Assembly: GCA_016188545.1 (NCBI GenBank)
Contig: JACPHO010000002.1
Span: 13 to 64,012 of the forward strand
DNA from: Candidatus Shapirobacteria bacterium
Lineage (GTDB): Bacteria > Patescibacteriota > Microgenomatia > UBA12405
Length of the DNA stretch: 64,000 nucleotides
Direction: 5' to 3'
Shown here one piece after another: positions 56,822-64,000 of this stretch. Each line of letters opens with the position of its first letter. Within the stretch, counting starts at the first letter, position 1. The notes beneath the pieces were generated by a model, which saw only the letters and a program-made list of their open reading frames with translations, was not told the origin of the DNA and did not search any database. The translations under genes and the position numbers were made by a program.

Positions 56822-56885
56822 CAAGATTCCAACGAGATTGCCGCGCCTGCCTGCCGGCAGGCAGGTCACTGTGATAACCGTTCCC

Positions 56886-56927
56886 CCATCCTACGCTGAA
56901 GCTTCCACCTTCACTTCGCTATGGTGG
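56886..56927. repeat. tandem hairpin repeat units of the CC(N)CC...GG(N)GG family
   Basis: ccatcctacgctgaagcttccaccttcacttcgctatggtgg. Preceded at 56849-56871 by a perfect palindrome, cctgcctgccggcaggcagg. Confidence 0.5.
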
Positions 56928-56965
56928 ACAAGTCGGACTGTCAAAGCGTAATGACGTGTGAGTTT

Positions 56966-57496
56966 TTATAGCTTAAAAATCAGCTTGAAGATGAGAGTGG
57001 TGAGAATGACGAGACCGACAGGAAAGACAACCTTGGCATATGGGAACAGGGTCTTGCCGTCATTGCGATACTTGGTAAAACCATAAATAAAGTTACCTAG
57101 AAACATCACAAACATACCCAAGGTTTGACCAAAAAGGATCTTGTCAAAGCCAAGAAATTTATTGCCAGTGACGCCAAGTTGGTCGGTGAAGTAAAAGTAG
57201 GATATGGTGGTAGCGAACATGATAAATGAGAATATCCAAGGGTTGTGCAGAAATTTTGGACGAAGGGCCTTATCTTTCATACCTGTGGCCATCCAAAAAG
57301 AAAGAGCGGTATTGAGAGCGCTAATCCAGATGCTGACTAAAAAGTCATCGACACCAAGCTTTTTGGCAATTAACATTCCTCCACCAACAGTAACAACACA
57401 GACAGGGCATTGAGCGGAGACTGGTATGGCGGAAAGTAAAAAGTAAAAAGTAAAAAGTAAAAAACTGATTAACAAATTCATAAAATATTTTAACAA
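56966..57496 (-). CDS. membrane protein with an N-terminal CPVC motif, divergent from the DsbA-like gene
   Basis: Four or five TM segments with CPVC just after TM1. Codons 10-20 are encoded by the (aagtaaa)4 repeat. Confidence 0.4.
   Translation of the reverse strand: MLKYFMNLLISFLLFTFYFLLSAIPVSAQCPVCVVTVGGGMLIAKKLGVDDFLVSIWISALNTALSFWMATGMKDKALRPKFLHNPWIFSFIMFATTISYFYFTDQLGVTGNKFLGFDKILFGQTLGMFVMFLGNFIYGFTKYRNDGKTLFPYAKVVFPVGLVILTTLIFKLIFKL
57434..57461. repeat. heptanucleotide tandem repeat (AAGTAAA)x4 inside the 5' end of a CDS
   Basis: aagtaaaaagtaaaaagtaaaaagtaaa. The unit length is 7 (not a multiple of 3), so unit gain or loss would shift the frame. Confidence 0.85.
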
Positions 57497-57533
57497 AAAT
57501 AATATAATAACTACAAGTGTAGTAAGATGGTGG

Positions 57534-58376
57534 TTGACAGAAATGAACTTGATCGGTAGAGTAATAGATAATATGACAGATAATAAAAAAACAATTGAGG
57601 TATCTCAAAGTGCGGTTTTGTTTGCAGGTGTAGTGATGATGGCAATGATGGGTTTTGGTGGATATTTGTACGGAAAAGTGAAAGGGCTCGAAAAAGCAGG
57701 CACTGCAGCAGCAGCTCCAGCAGCCCAGCAACAACAGCAACCACAAGTGACAGTGACCCGTGACCAACTTGAAGGATTGTTTGATGGAAAAACATTGGCT
57801 TTTGGTAAAAAGGATAGCAAATTGATTTTTGTAGAATTTTCTGATCCTTCATGCCCTTATTGTCATGTAGCTGCGGGTAAAAATGCATCTCTAAACAAAC
57901 AAATGGGGCAACAGTTTATGTTGAAAGCAGATGGTGGGACATACGTAGCTCCAGTACCTGAGATGAAAAAGCTTGTTGATGAAGGTAAGGCATCAATGGT
58001 GTGGGTCTATGCTAATGGACATGGAAATGGAGAACTGGGAACCGAAGCTCTATACTGTGCTAATGAGAAAGGTAAATTCTGGGAAGTTCACGACACTCTA
58101 ATGAGTGCTGAAGGCTATGAGATTCTAAATACCTCAGTCAAGAACGATAGAACACAAGCTGCTAAAATGGCTGACTTCTTGAAAAAAGCTGTTGATTCTA
58201 AATTTATGGAGTCTTGTCTTAAAGATGCCAAGTACAAAGACAGGCTGACTACCGACATGGAAACAGCTACCAAATTTGGATTTAGCGGAACCCCAAGCTT
58301 CTTTGTAAACACGCAGAACTTTGCTGGAGCTTATAGCTATACCGAAATGGAGAAGCTAGTTAATGACTCGATCTAA
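57534..58376 (+). CDS. DsbA-like thiol:disulfide oxidoreductase, membrane-anchored
   Basis: N-terminal TM helix, a Gln/Ala linker, the thioredoxin-fold CxxC active site SCPYCH, and a DsbA-like helical insertion. Confidence 0.7.
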   Translation: MTEMNLIGRVIDNMTDNKKTIEVSQSAVLFAGVVMMAMMGFGGYLYGKVKGLEKAGTAAAAPAAQQQQQPQVTVTRDQLEGLFDGKTLAFGKKDSKLIFVEFSDPSCPYCHVAAGKNASLNKQMGQQFMLKADGGTYVAPVPEMKKLVDEGKASMVWVYANGHGNGELGTEALYCANEKGKFWEVHDTLMSAEGYEILNTSVKNDRTQAAKMADFLKKAVDSKFMESCLKDAKYKDRLTTDMETATKFGFSGTPSFFVNTQNFAGAYSYTEMEKLVNDSI

Positions 58377-58395
58377 TTAAAGAGTTAACTACAAA

Positions 58396-58426
58396 CCGCT
58401 CCGAAAGCTTTCGGAGCGGTTTTTTG
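58396..58426 (+). terminator. rho-independent terminator of the DsbA-like gene
   Basis: ccgctccgaaagctttcggagcgg followed by a T-run. Confidence 0.8.
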
Positions 58427-58466
58427 TTGCTAAAAGCCCACCCGAAGTTGGTGCTATAATCGGGCT

Positions 58467-58700
58467 ATGACACCAACTCTGGACAAGTCGCAAGCTGAGC
58501 TATATGGATTAAAACCGGGTGATAGAGTGTTGGCGGTAACAAGAATGGGGGCGCAATCGTTGAATGATGACATATCGAGATTTAAATCAGGTTTTTGTCG
58601 AATTGAGCAACTCCAAGTATTAAACCCTGACGGAACTCCGGTAAGTGATAAAGCCGCAGTGGTGATTATTGGAAGAGTAAGGGCTGTGCCAACTAAGTAA
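58467..58700 (+). CDS. small hypothetical protein
   Basis: 77 aa ORF. Confidence 0.3.
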   Translation: MTPTLDKSQAELYGLKPGDRVLAVTRMGAQSLNDDISRFKSGFCRIEQLQVLNPDGTPVSDKAAVVIIGRVRAVPTK

Positions 58701-58744
58701 AGAGGACGTAATTGTTGATTGCAATTTAATCCTATAATGTGATA

Positions 58745-58915
58745 GTCTACAAACTATGATACATATTTGTTCGCTTCAATTTAGACAGTCCAAGGACGCC
58801 GTCAATGGCGGAAGCTTTGGTGCCAATTACACCAAACCCGAGGACGCATATGGAGATACTGTCTAAGAATAGGACGAATTGAATTAGATAAGCCTCCGAA
58901 AGGAGGCTTTTTTAG
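58745..58915 (+). ncRNA. candidate small structured RNA with its own promoter (TATAAT at 58733) and intrinsic terminator
   Basis: A closing stem tagacagt...actgtcta (58771/58853). Internal hairpins gccg-tcaat-ggcg and ggtg-ccaatta-cacc. Duplicated GGACGC motifs. Terminator aagcctccgaaaggaggcttttttt at 58890-58913. Confidence 0.35.
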
Positions 58916-59081
58916 TAACTTTTTCCCAATAAAAATACTTGATCCCCTTTTTCGGAGGTTTTTCCAACTCAATCCTGAGTAATCAGGAGACTGTTCTGGG
59001 AAATAGTCAGAGTTGAGAAACGTAAAACCGATGGTTAACGTTTCGTGCGCGTACGTTAAAAATTTGAAAAAGGAGAAAACG

Positions 59082-60239
59082 ATGAACAAAACAACTGAAA
59101 AAGCGTTTGTGGTCGCCAAAATTTTGGAGTCCACTTCTGCTGCCTGGTTTTTTGGAACATACATTTTGTTCCTTCAAGGACTAGGGATCGATCTACTGTC
59201 AGCTAGTCTTCTGAACAGTATCTTCATGGGACTATCATCGGTACTGGACCCTTTCACGGGAAACTTAGGTGACCGGATTGGACAAAAAAGAATCTACCTG
59301 TTTGGTTTACTAATGTGGTCACTGAGCCATATAGTCTACTGGATGTCAGGTGGATTCTGGGGGTGTGCTGTGGCTGAGATAATCGGAGCGGTGGGACTAG
59401 CTTCCCGTTCGGAAGCACTAGAAAGCTGGCTACGTAACCATAGTACCGAGGAGAAAACCCACAAAGCGATGGCTCAAGGGGCTTACTACGGTAGACTAGC
59501 AACAATTCCAACAGCAATACTAGGTGGAATAATCGGGGCTAGATGGGGATTGGAATGGCCTTGGTTGATATCTGGAGTCACTGGAATTATGGCGATGGTG
59601 ATGATTGGTATCTGGTTAAAAGATATTCCGGAAAAGCCAATAGATCACGTAGCCACAAGTTCAGATCTACAAATCTGGAATATTGCCAAGGATGCGTGGA
59701 AAGATCCTATTTTGCGAAGAACATTCATATTCACTGCACTGATGGTGGCCTGTTTTCAGCCATTTAATATGTTTTGGCCGGTGATCTTTCGGGATGCTAC
59801 CGGACAAGCACAGTGGCTGGGATCAATGTGGATTGGAATAGCCCTAGCATCAGCCTTAGGAAGTAAACTCGCCGAAAAATGGGTGATAAATTCTAAAGGA
59901 TTGGCAGTGATTGTCCTAAGTATTGGGATTCCAATGCTTCTTACACCAATTAGAGGCAGCTGGATTATTATGCTACTGATTCCGTTTGTAATTCACGAAA
60001 TTGGACGGAGTATGTGGCTACCAATACTGTGGAGTTATACCAACCGCAGAATCAGCAACCATATCAGGACATCGGTGAACTCTCTTCGGTCTAGTGCCGG
60101 TACAACAGGAGCAGTCTTAGGACTACTGGTGTCCGGAGCCCTAACCAAATTGATAACACCAACCCAAGTATGGGGAGTGTCGGCAGTAGTGCTGATATTA
60201 GTCGCCTATTGGGTTTATGGATGGAATCATGATGTGTAG
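59082..60239 (+). CDS. MFS transporter
   Basis: 12 TM segments and a GDRIGQKR loop motif. Strong SD (aaggag) 8 nt upstream of the ATG. Confidence 0.7.
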   Translation: MNKTTEKAFVVAKILESTSAAWFFGTYILFLQGLGIDLLSASLLNSIFMGLSSVLDPFTGNLGDRIGQKRIYLFGLLMWSLSHIVYWMSGGFWGCAVAEIIGAVGLASRSEALESWLRNHSTEEKTHKAMAQGAYYGRLATIPTAILGGIIGARWGLEWPWLISGVTGIMAMVMIGIWLKDIPEKPIDHVATSSDLQIWNIAKDAWKDPILRRTFIFTALMVACFQPFNMFWPVIFRDATGQAQWLGSMWIGIALASALGSKLAEKWVINSKGLAVIVLSIGIPMLLTPIRGSWIIMLLIPFVIHEIGRSMWLPILWSYTNRRISNHIRTSVNSLRSSAGTTGAVLGLLVSGALTKLITPTQVWGVSAVVLILVAYWVYGWNHDV

Positions 60240-60306
60240 TTACGAGACTGGTATCCCAGTACCAGTCTCGGGTAAGTCAAGATGATTTGTTTCCGGAACC
60301 AAAAAT

Positions 60307-60777
60307 ATGTTAGTATTGCTAAATATGGATACACTTAATAAATTCCCATTTGATGCTGATGCTGTGGCAGATTTTAGTTTTGATTTAACTAAAACTGATG
60401 CTCAGGGTAAGGCTGAGTTTAAAAACTTATTTAATAGCTTGGTTCAGGTTAGTCAAAACAAAACTGTCAGAGTAGAGAGATGGACTCATCCAGCAGGTGA
60501 AGATGGCAAATGGGATCGAGTTGGCGGTGCATACCTAGGTAATCAGGTAGAGGTTGGTCAAAACAATGATCAATTAGCGATAGTTCTACAAGATGACGGT
60601 AGTGTAACTAGAATACCTGCTGGAAGAATGGATGGTGAATCTAACTTTCAAAGCTATGGAAACGATGGTTTGGCCATTGGGTGGAATGAAGATGATGGAT
60701 CGAGAAGTGGACTGACTTTTGTACCAGAGAATTTTGCACCAGACACAAGACCAATACCCGAACCTTCCCAACAATAA
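60307..60777 (+). CDS. hypothetical protein
   Basis: 156 aa ORF followed by an intrinsic terminator. Confidence 0.4.
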   Translation: MLVLLNMDTLNKFPFDADAVADFSFDLTKTDAQGKAEFKNLFNSLVQVSQNKTVRVERWTHPAGEDGKWDRVGGAYLGNQVEVGQNNDQLAIVLQDDGSVTRIPAGRMDGESNFQSYGNDGLAIGWNEDDGSRSGLTFVPENFAPDTRPIPEPSQQ

Positions 60778-60789
60778 TTTTTAAGTTAA

Positions 60790-60818
60790 ACCCGCCGATG
60801 TGGCGGGTTTTTTTTGTT
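60790..60818 (+). terminator. rho-independent terminator
   Basis: cccgccgatgtggcggg followed by T8. Confidence 0.8.
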
Positions 60819-60835
60819 TACGTGTACCTGCTTTT

Positions 60836-60896
60836 CCACCTACGCTTTATAAAAAGACATAAGTGGACCGATCCGCCTACGCTATTGCTACGGCGG
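60836..60896. repeat. tandem hairpin repeat units (ccacctacgct...gtgg and ccgcctacgctattgctacggcgg)
   Basis: Same family as 10664, 47005 and 56886. Confidence 0.55.
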
Positions 60897-60910
60897 ACAT
60901 AGGAGAATAT

Positions 60911-61012
60911 CTATTCATCACCGCAATTGCAGTGACAGTTGCCACCACAGCAACCACCTTCAGTGGATTCTGGAGTTGTAGTGACTTTTTGATCGGTCTT
61001 TTTGTTGGTCAT
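60911..61012 (-). CDS. tiny Cys-rich ORF (33 aa), metallothionein-like or double-Gly-leader-like
   Basis: MTNKKTDQKVTTTPESTEGG|CCGGNCHCNCGDE. Below the ORF-track threshold. Its 3' end abuts the hairpin repeat. Confidence 0.3.
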   Translation of the reverse strand: MTNKKTDQKVTTTPESTEGGCCGGNCHCNCGDE

Positions 61013-61078
61013 GTTTTATTAATTAATAGTTACTACAATTGTAGTAGATATGGAATTAATGTCAAGACTTAAAAAAAA

Positions 61079-61849
61079 CTAAACCTCGTGATAGTACTCA
61101 AAAAGTTGGAAAGAATAGGCAAACCAAAGCGGGAGAAGGCGGGGAACACCGGAGCGGAAAGAATTGAACTGACTGCGATGGGCATAGACTGAACGGATGC
61201 GAGTAATAAAACTAGTATCTATGTAGACTTTTAGATTGGGCGTGGTGCGTTTTTCTAGGAAAGACTGGTCGGTGGCCATATGGGTAGGGAGATTAATCAT
61301 GGATAATAATTTTTGAGGAAGGGTGGTGTACCACAGGGCAGTGGTGGAGTACTTGTCTTTGACAAGAGCAGTAACTATCTCGGAAACAACAACATGATCT
61401 GGGTGTCCATAGAGACCTGAGAGGTCGTAGGTAATGACGAGATCGGGCTGGAGTTCGTTAATTTTATTATCGATAAAATTTGACAAGCGATTACGATCGG
61501 AGGTGAGACTGCCGTCAACAAAATCAGCATTGATAAGATGTTTGATACCGATAATATCAGCAGATTTTTGTAGTTCTTGTTCCCTAATTTGGCGTAGATC
61601 TCCGGCTTGACCACTGGCGTTTTCACCAGCACCACCGTGAGTAAGAGTAAGAAGATAACTTTCGCCCGAAAACTGGTTTAATAGACCGGAAACAGTGAGC
61701 GATTCGTCGTCAGGATGGGGTAAAATTACAAGAATTTTTCTGATGTTTTTTGGGGAGCGGGAAGGTATTGAGAGGTCATTGGCTTTGAAAAAGCCAACGA
61801 GCCAGAGACAAATAAAAAAAATTAAGATGCCGATAGGAAGATAGTTCAC
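61079..61849 (-). CDS. PIG-L/LmbE-family N-acetylglucosaminyl deacetylase, membrane-anchored
   Basis: VILPHPDDESL zinc-binding motif. Confidence 0.7.
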   Translation of the reverse strand: MNYLPIGILIFFICLWLVGFFKANDLSIPSRSPKNIRKILVILPHPDDESLTVSGLLNQFSGESYLLTLTHGGAGENASGQAGDLRQIREQELQKSADIIGIKHLINADFVDGSLTSDRNRLSNFIDNKINELQPDLVITYDLSGLYGHPDHVVVSEIVTALVKDKYSTTALWYTTLPQKLLSMINLPTHMATDQSFLEKRTTPNLKVYIDTSFITRIRSVYAHRSQFNSFRSGVPRLLPLWFAYSFQLFEYYHEV

Positions 61850-61864
61850 TTATCTATTTTAACA

Positions 61865-62458
61865 GTGGTATCTTTGGTAGTGAAGAAAAGTAAGAATAGC
61901 TACAAAGAGTGGTTGAAAAAGGGGGTGCCAGCAATATTGATCCCGGGGATAATATTTGCATCGATGTATGGAGTAAGAAATATTAATAAAATTGGAAATT
62001 ATTACGAAGATGAAAAGATATTTCCTAAAAGTGGAATGGTATTGGAAGTTGAGGATGGGGACACTTTTAGACTAGATAGCGGACAGGTGGTAAGAATGAT
62101 AGGGGTAAATGCACCCGACAGAGGAAAGGATGGCTATGAGACCGCGAAAGATGGACTCAGAAAAATAACTGAAAAACAAAAAATATGGCTGGAATATGAC
62201 AGGTACCAGGATGACAAATATGGACGGATATTGGCGTGGGTGTGGGTGGATTGTGAGACTGATATGGTTAAAATGCCACCGGCTGACTATATGCATCTAA
62301 GCGGCAAACAGTCGAGGGAATATGTGACGACAAACCCGAATGGGTGCAGCAAAGGAAAGATGGTGAACAGAGAAATGGTCAAAAATGGTAACGCTGAGAT
62401 GGTGAGTTATGAAAAAAGAGGAAGGTTGAAGTATGAACTGATATCAGAGAATGAGTAA
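61865..62458 (+). CDS. thermonuclease (SNase-like) family protein
   Basis: GDTFRLD....VRMIGVNAPD...YG and ...DRYGRILAWVW follow the staphylococcal-nuclease fold pattern. Confidence 0.7.
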   Translation: MVSLVVKKSKNSYKEWLKKGVPAILIPGIIFASMYGVRNINKIGNYYEDEKIFPKSGMVLEVEDGDTFRLDSGQVVRMIGVNAPDRGKDGYETAKDGLRKITEKQKIWLEYDRYQDDKYGRILAWVWVDCETDMVKMPPADYMHLSGKQSREYVTTNPNGCSKGKMVNREMVKNGNAEMVSYEKRGRLKYELISENE

Positions 62459-62477
62459 TCAGGGTTAAAATTAACAG

Positions 62478-63188
62478 ATGAAGATAACTGTCGCACAATA
62501 CATACACGACGAGATGGTAAAACTGGAGAACGAAAAAACCAGGGAAAGTAGTAAGCGATTTTTTAAGGAAGCAGTGAAGGTACATGGGGTGTTGTCGAGC
62601 GTGAGTAAAGAAATTTGGAAGACCGTGAAAGAAATGGCCAAGCCTCTTAGTAAGGATGAAGTGTTTGCCAATTGTGAGGAGCTATTTAAATCTGGATTTT
62701 GCGAGGAAGGATGGATGGCGGCAAATTTGGCTTATGAAAAACGAAATGAATATATTGAAAAAGATATGGATGTTTTTGAAAAATGGGTCAGTGAATATGT
62801 GGACGACTTGGCAAAATGTGATACATTGTGCAACCACACGATAGCAAGTCTCGTTGACAAATATCCAAAACTAATTAGTCGATTAAAAAGGTGGGCACAC
62901 TCCCCTAATCGCTGGGTAAAAAGGGCAGCGGCAGTGACTTTGATAATTCCAGCCAGAGAAGGGAGATATCTCTCTGACATTTTTGAAATAGCCGACACTA
63001 TGCTACTGGATAGTGATGATATGGTGCAAAAAGGCTATGGGTGGATGCTAAAAGCTGCCTCACAGTGCCACCAAAAAGAAGTGTTTGACTATGTGATGAA
63101 AAACAAGGCAGTTATGCCTCGAACGGCACTAAGATACGCGATTGAAAAGATGCCAAAGGAATTGAAAACGAAAGCTGTGGGGAAGTAA
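62478..63188 (+). CDS. DNA alkylation repair enzyme (AlkD/AlkC-like HEAT-repeat glycosylase)
   Basis: ...HSPNRWVKRAAAV...QKGYGWMLK... is characteristic of the DNA_alkylation family. Confidence 0.7.
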   Translation: MKITVAQYIHDEMVKLENEKTRESSKRFFKEAVKVHGVLSSVSKEIWKTVKEMAKPLSKDEVFANCEELFKSGFCEEGWMAANLAYEKRNEYIEKDMDVFEKWVSEYVDDLAKCDTLCNHTIASLVDKYPKLISRLKRWAHSPNRWVKRAAAVTLIIPAREGRYLSDIFEIADTMLLDSDDMVQKGYGWMLKAASQCHQKEVFDYVMKNKAVMPRTALRYAIEKMPKELKTKAVGK

Positions 63189-63232
63189 AACTGTTGTAGA
63201 ATTAGGTGACAGATTATTAAACAATAGAATCT

Positions 63233-63499
63233 ATGATAAAACACAGAGTTTTGGCGACTTCAGCATCAATTGTTATGTTCTTCTACTATCTGTTTTGCAG
63301 TGTGGTGACAATATTGCTTCCTGACTTCTCGTTTGGAATGTACGCCCTGTCTTTTCATGGTATTAGGATAAACAATTTACAGGCGTCGGTGCTGACGGTA
63401 CCGGAAATGTTGGTAGGCGCTACTTTTTATGCAGGAATGGTTTGGATACTCGTTTGTTCGGTAGGTTGGGTTTACGAGAGGCTAAGTAGTCGAAAATGA
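63233..63499 (+). CDS. small hypothetical membrane protein
   Basis: 88 aa with two hydrophobic helices. Confidence 0.3.
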   Translation: MIKHRVLATSASIVMFFYYLFCSVVTILLPDFSFGMYALSFHGIRINNLQASVLTVPEMLVGATFYAGMVWILVCSVGWVYERLSSRK

Positions 63500-63503
63500 C
63501 ATT

Positions 63504-64000
63504 GTGAATAATGAAAGATATTGGCAAATTGACGCCTTAAGAGGAGTGGCAATAGCAGGAATGGTAATATATCACTTTTTAGTGGATCTTGAGATGATAT
63601 TTCAAGTCCCAATAGGGGTATATAAATTCCCTGTGGTGATTTTGGCGAGAATTACTGCGATATTATTTATTGCTTTAGCTGGGATATCCGCAAGTGTTAA
63701 GTTTGAAAGGATTAGAAGCGTTGGATCAAGAGCGGTTTGGCTGAGTTATGGTAAAAGGGCATTAGAAATACTGTTTTGGGCTGGGATAGTTAGCGCAGTG
63801 ACTTATATAATGTTTCCTGGAGAGACTGTGGTGATGGGCATACTACATTTTTTGGGATTATCAACGTTGTTGATAGTACCCCTGTTGTATATAAAGAATA
63901 ACTTGTGGATAGGAATAATGGCTTTAGTTACATTTGTTTTGGCAATATTTATCCCAAATATAGTAGCTACACATTATTGGCTAATACCTCTTGGAATAGT
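63504..64000 (+). CDS. DUF1624 (acyltransferase-3-like) family membrane protein, 3'-truncated by the window edge, GTG start
   Basis: VNNERYWQIDALRGVAIAGMVIYHF... matches the DUF1624 N-terminus. The frame is open to the end of the window. Confidence 0.5.
   Translation, partial: MNNERYWQIDALRGVAIAGMVIYHFLVDLEMIFQVPIGVYKFPVVILARITAILFIALAGISASVKFERIRSVGSRAVWLSYGKRALEILFWAGIVSAVTYIMFPGETVVMGILHFLGLSTLLIVPLLYIKNNLWIGIMALVTFVLAIFIPNIVATHYWLIPLGI

Noticed and set aside
58771-58860. Guanidine-II (mini-ykkC) riboswitch call for the duplicated GGACGC hairpins
   Set aside because: Guanidine-II requires ACGR tetraloops on GC-rich stems. Here the motif is GGACGC within a different context, so it is left as an unclassified structured RNA.
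60863-61072. Plus-strand ORF 60863..61072 (69 aa)
   Set aside because: It overlaps the hairpin repeat and is antisense to the more plausible 33 aa Cys-rich minus-strand ORF. It is low-complexity with no signals.
1-64000. CRISPR arrays, rRNA genes, transposases or integrases
   Set aside because: Scanning found no regularly spaced direct repeats with unique spacers, no rRNA-like conserved stretches, and no DDE/tyrosine-recombinase motifs in any ORF.

Overview
This 64 kb window reads as low-GC (~35-40%) sequence from an uncultivated, CPR-like or similarly streamlined bacterium. It is densely coded and roughly half the genes are hypothetical. Core genes I recognise are pyruvate kinase, an ABC-F ATPase, an ABC exporter, a UvrA paralogue, RNase HII, a SpoU methyltransferase, oligoendopeptidase F, a DsbA-like oxidoreductase, DinD, a thermonuclease and an AlkD-like glycosylase. 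There are four tRNA genes: Arg-GCG, Ser-GCU, Arg-CCG and Ser-GGA. Several things call for a closer look. (i) A near-canonical type-III hammerhead ribozyme lies on the minus strand at about 47090-47138, inside a ~350 nt structured intergenic region. (ii) That region borders a ~3.5 kb GC-rich island (47.3-50.8 kb) carrying a four-gene operon of membrane-anchored coiled-coil proteins, one of them PspA/IM30-like. (iii) A tRNA-flanked accessory stretch (9.1-19.8 kb) holds a BRO-N protein, a NUDIX hydrolase, a translationally coupled GHKL-ATPase + STAS-like (DUF4325-like) pair with no sigma factor, a drug-resistance cluster (UvrA-like, MerR/GyrI, MFS), an HExxH ORF bracketed by perfect 57 bp direct repeats, a HEPN/Abi-like protein and a decayed region. 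(iv) A family of CCGCC...CGGCGG hairpin repeats occurs at four or more loci. (v) A redox neighbourhood combines ferric-reductase/NOX-like proteins (one frameshifted at a T9 tract), cytochrome-b5-like proteins and a two-component system. (vi) There are two tiny Cys-rich ORFs, a heptanucleotide (x4) repeat inside a CxxC membrane protein divergent from DsbA, and candidate small structured RNAs with their own promoter and terminator. No CRISPR array, rRNA or transposase was seen.
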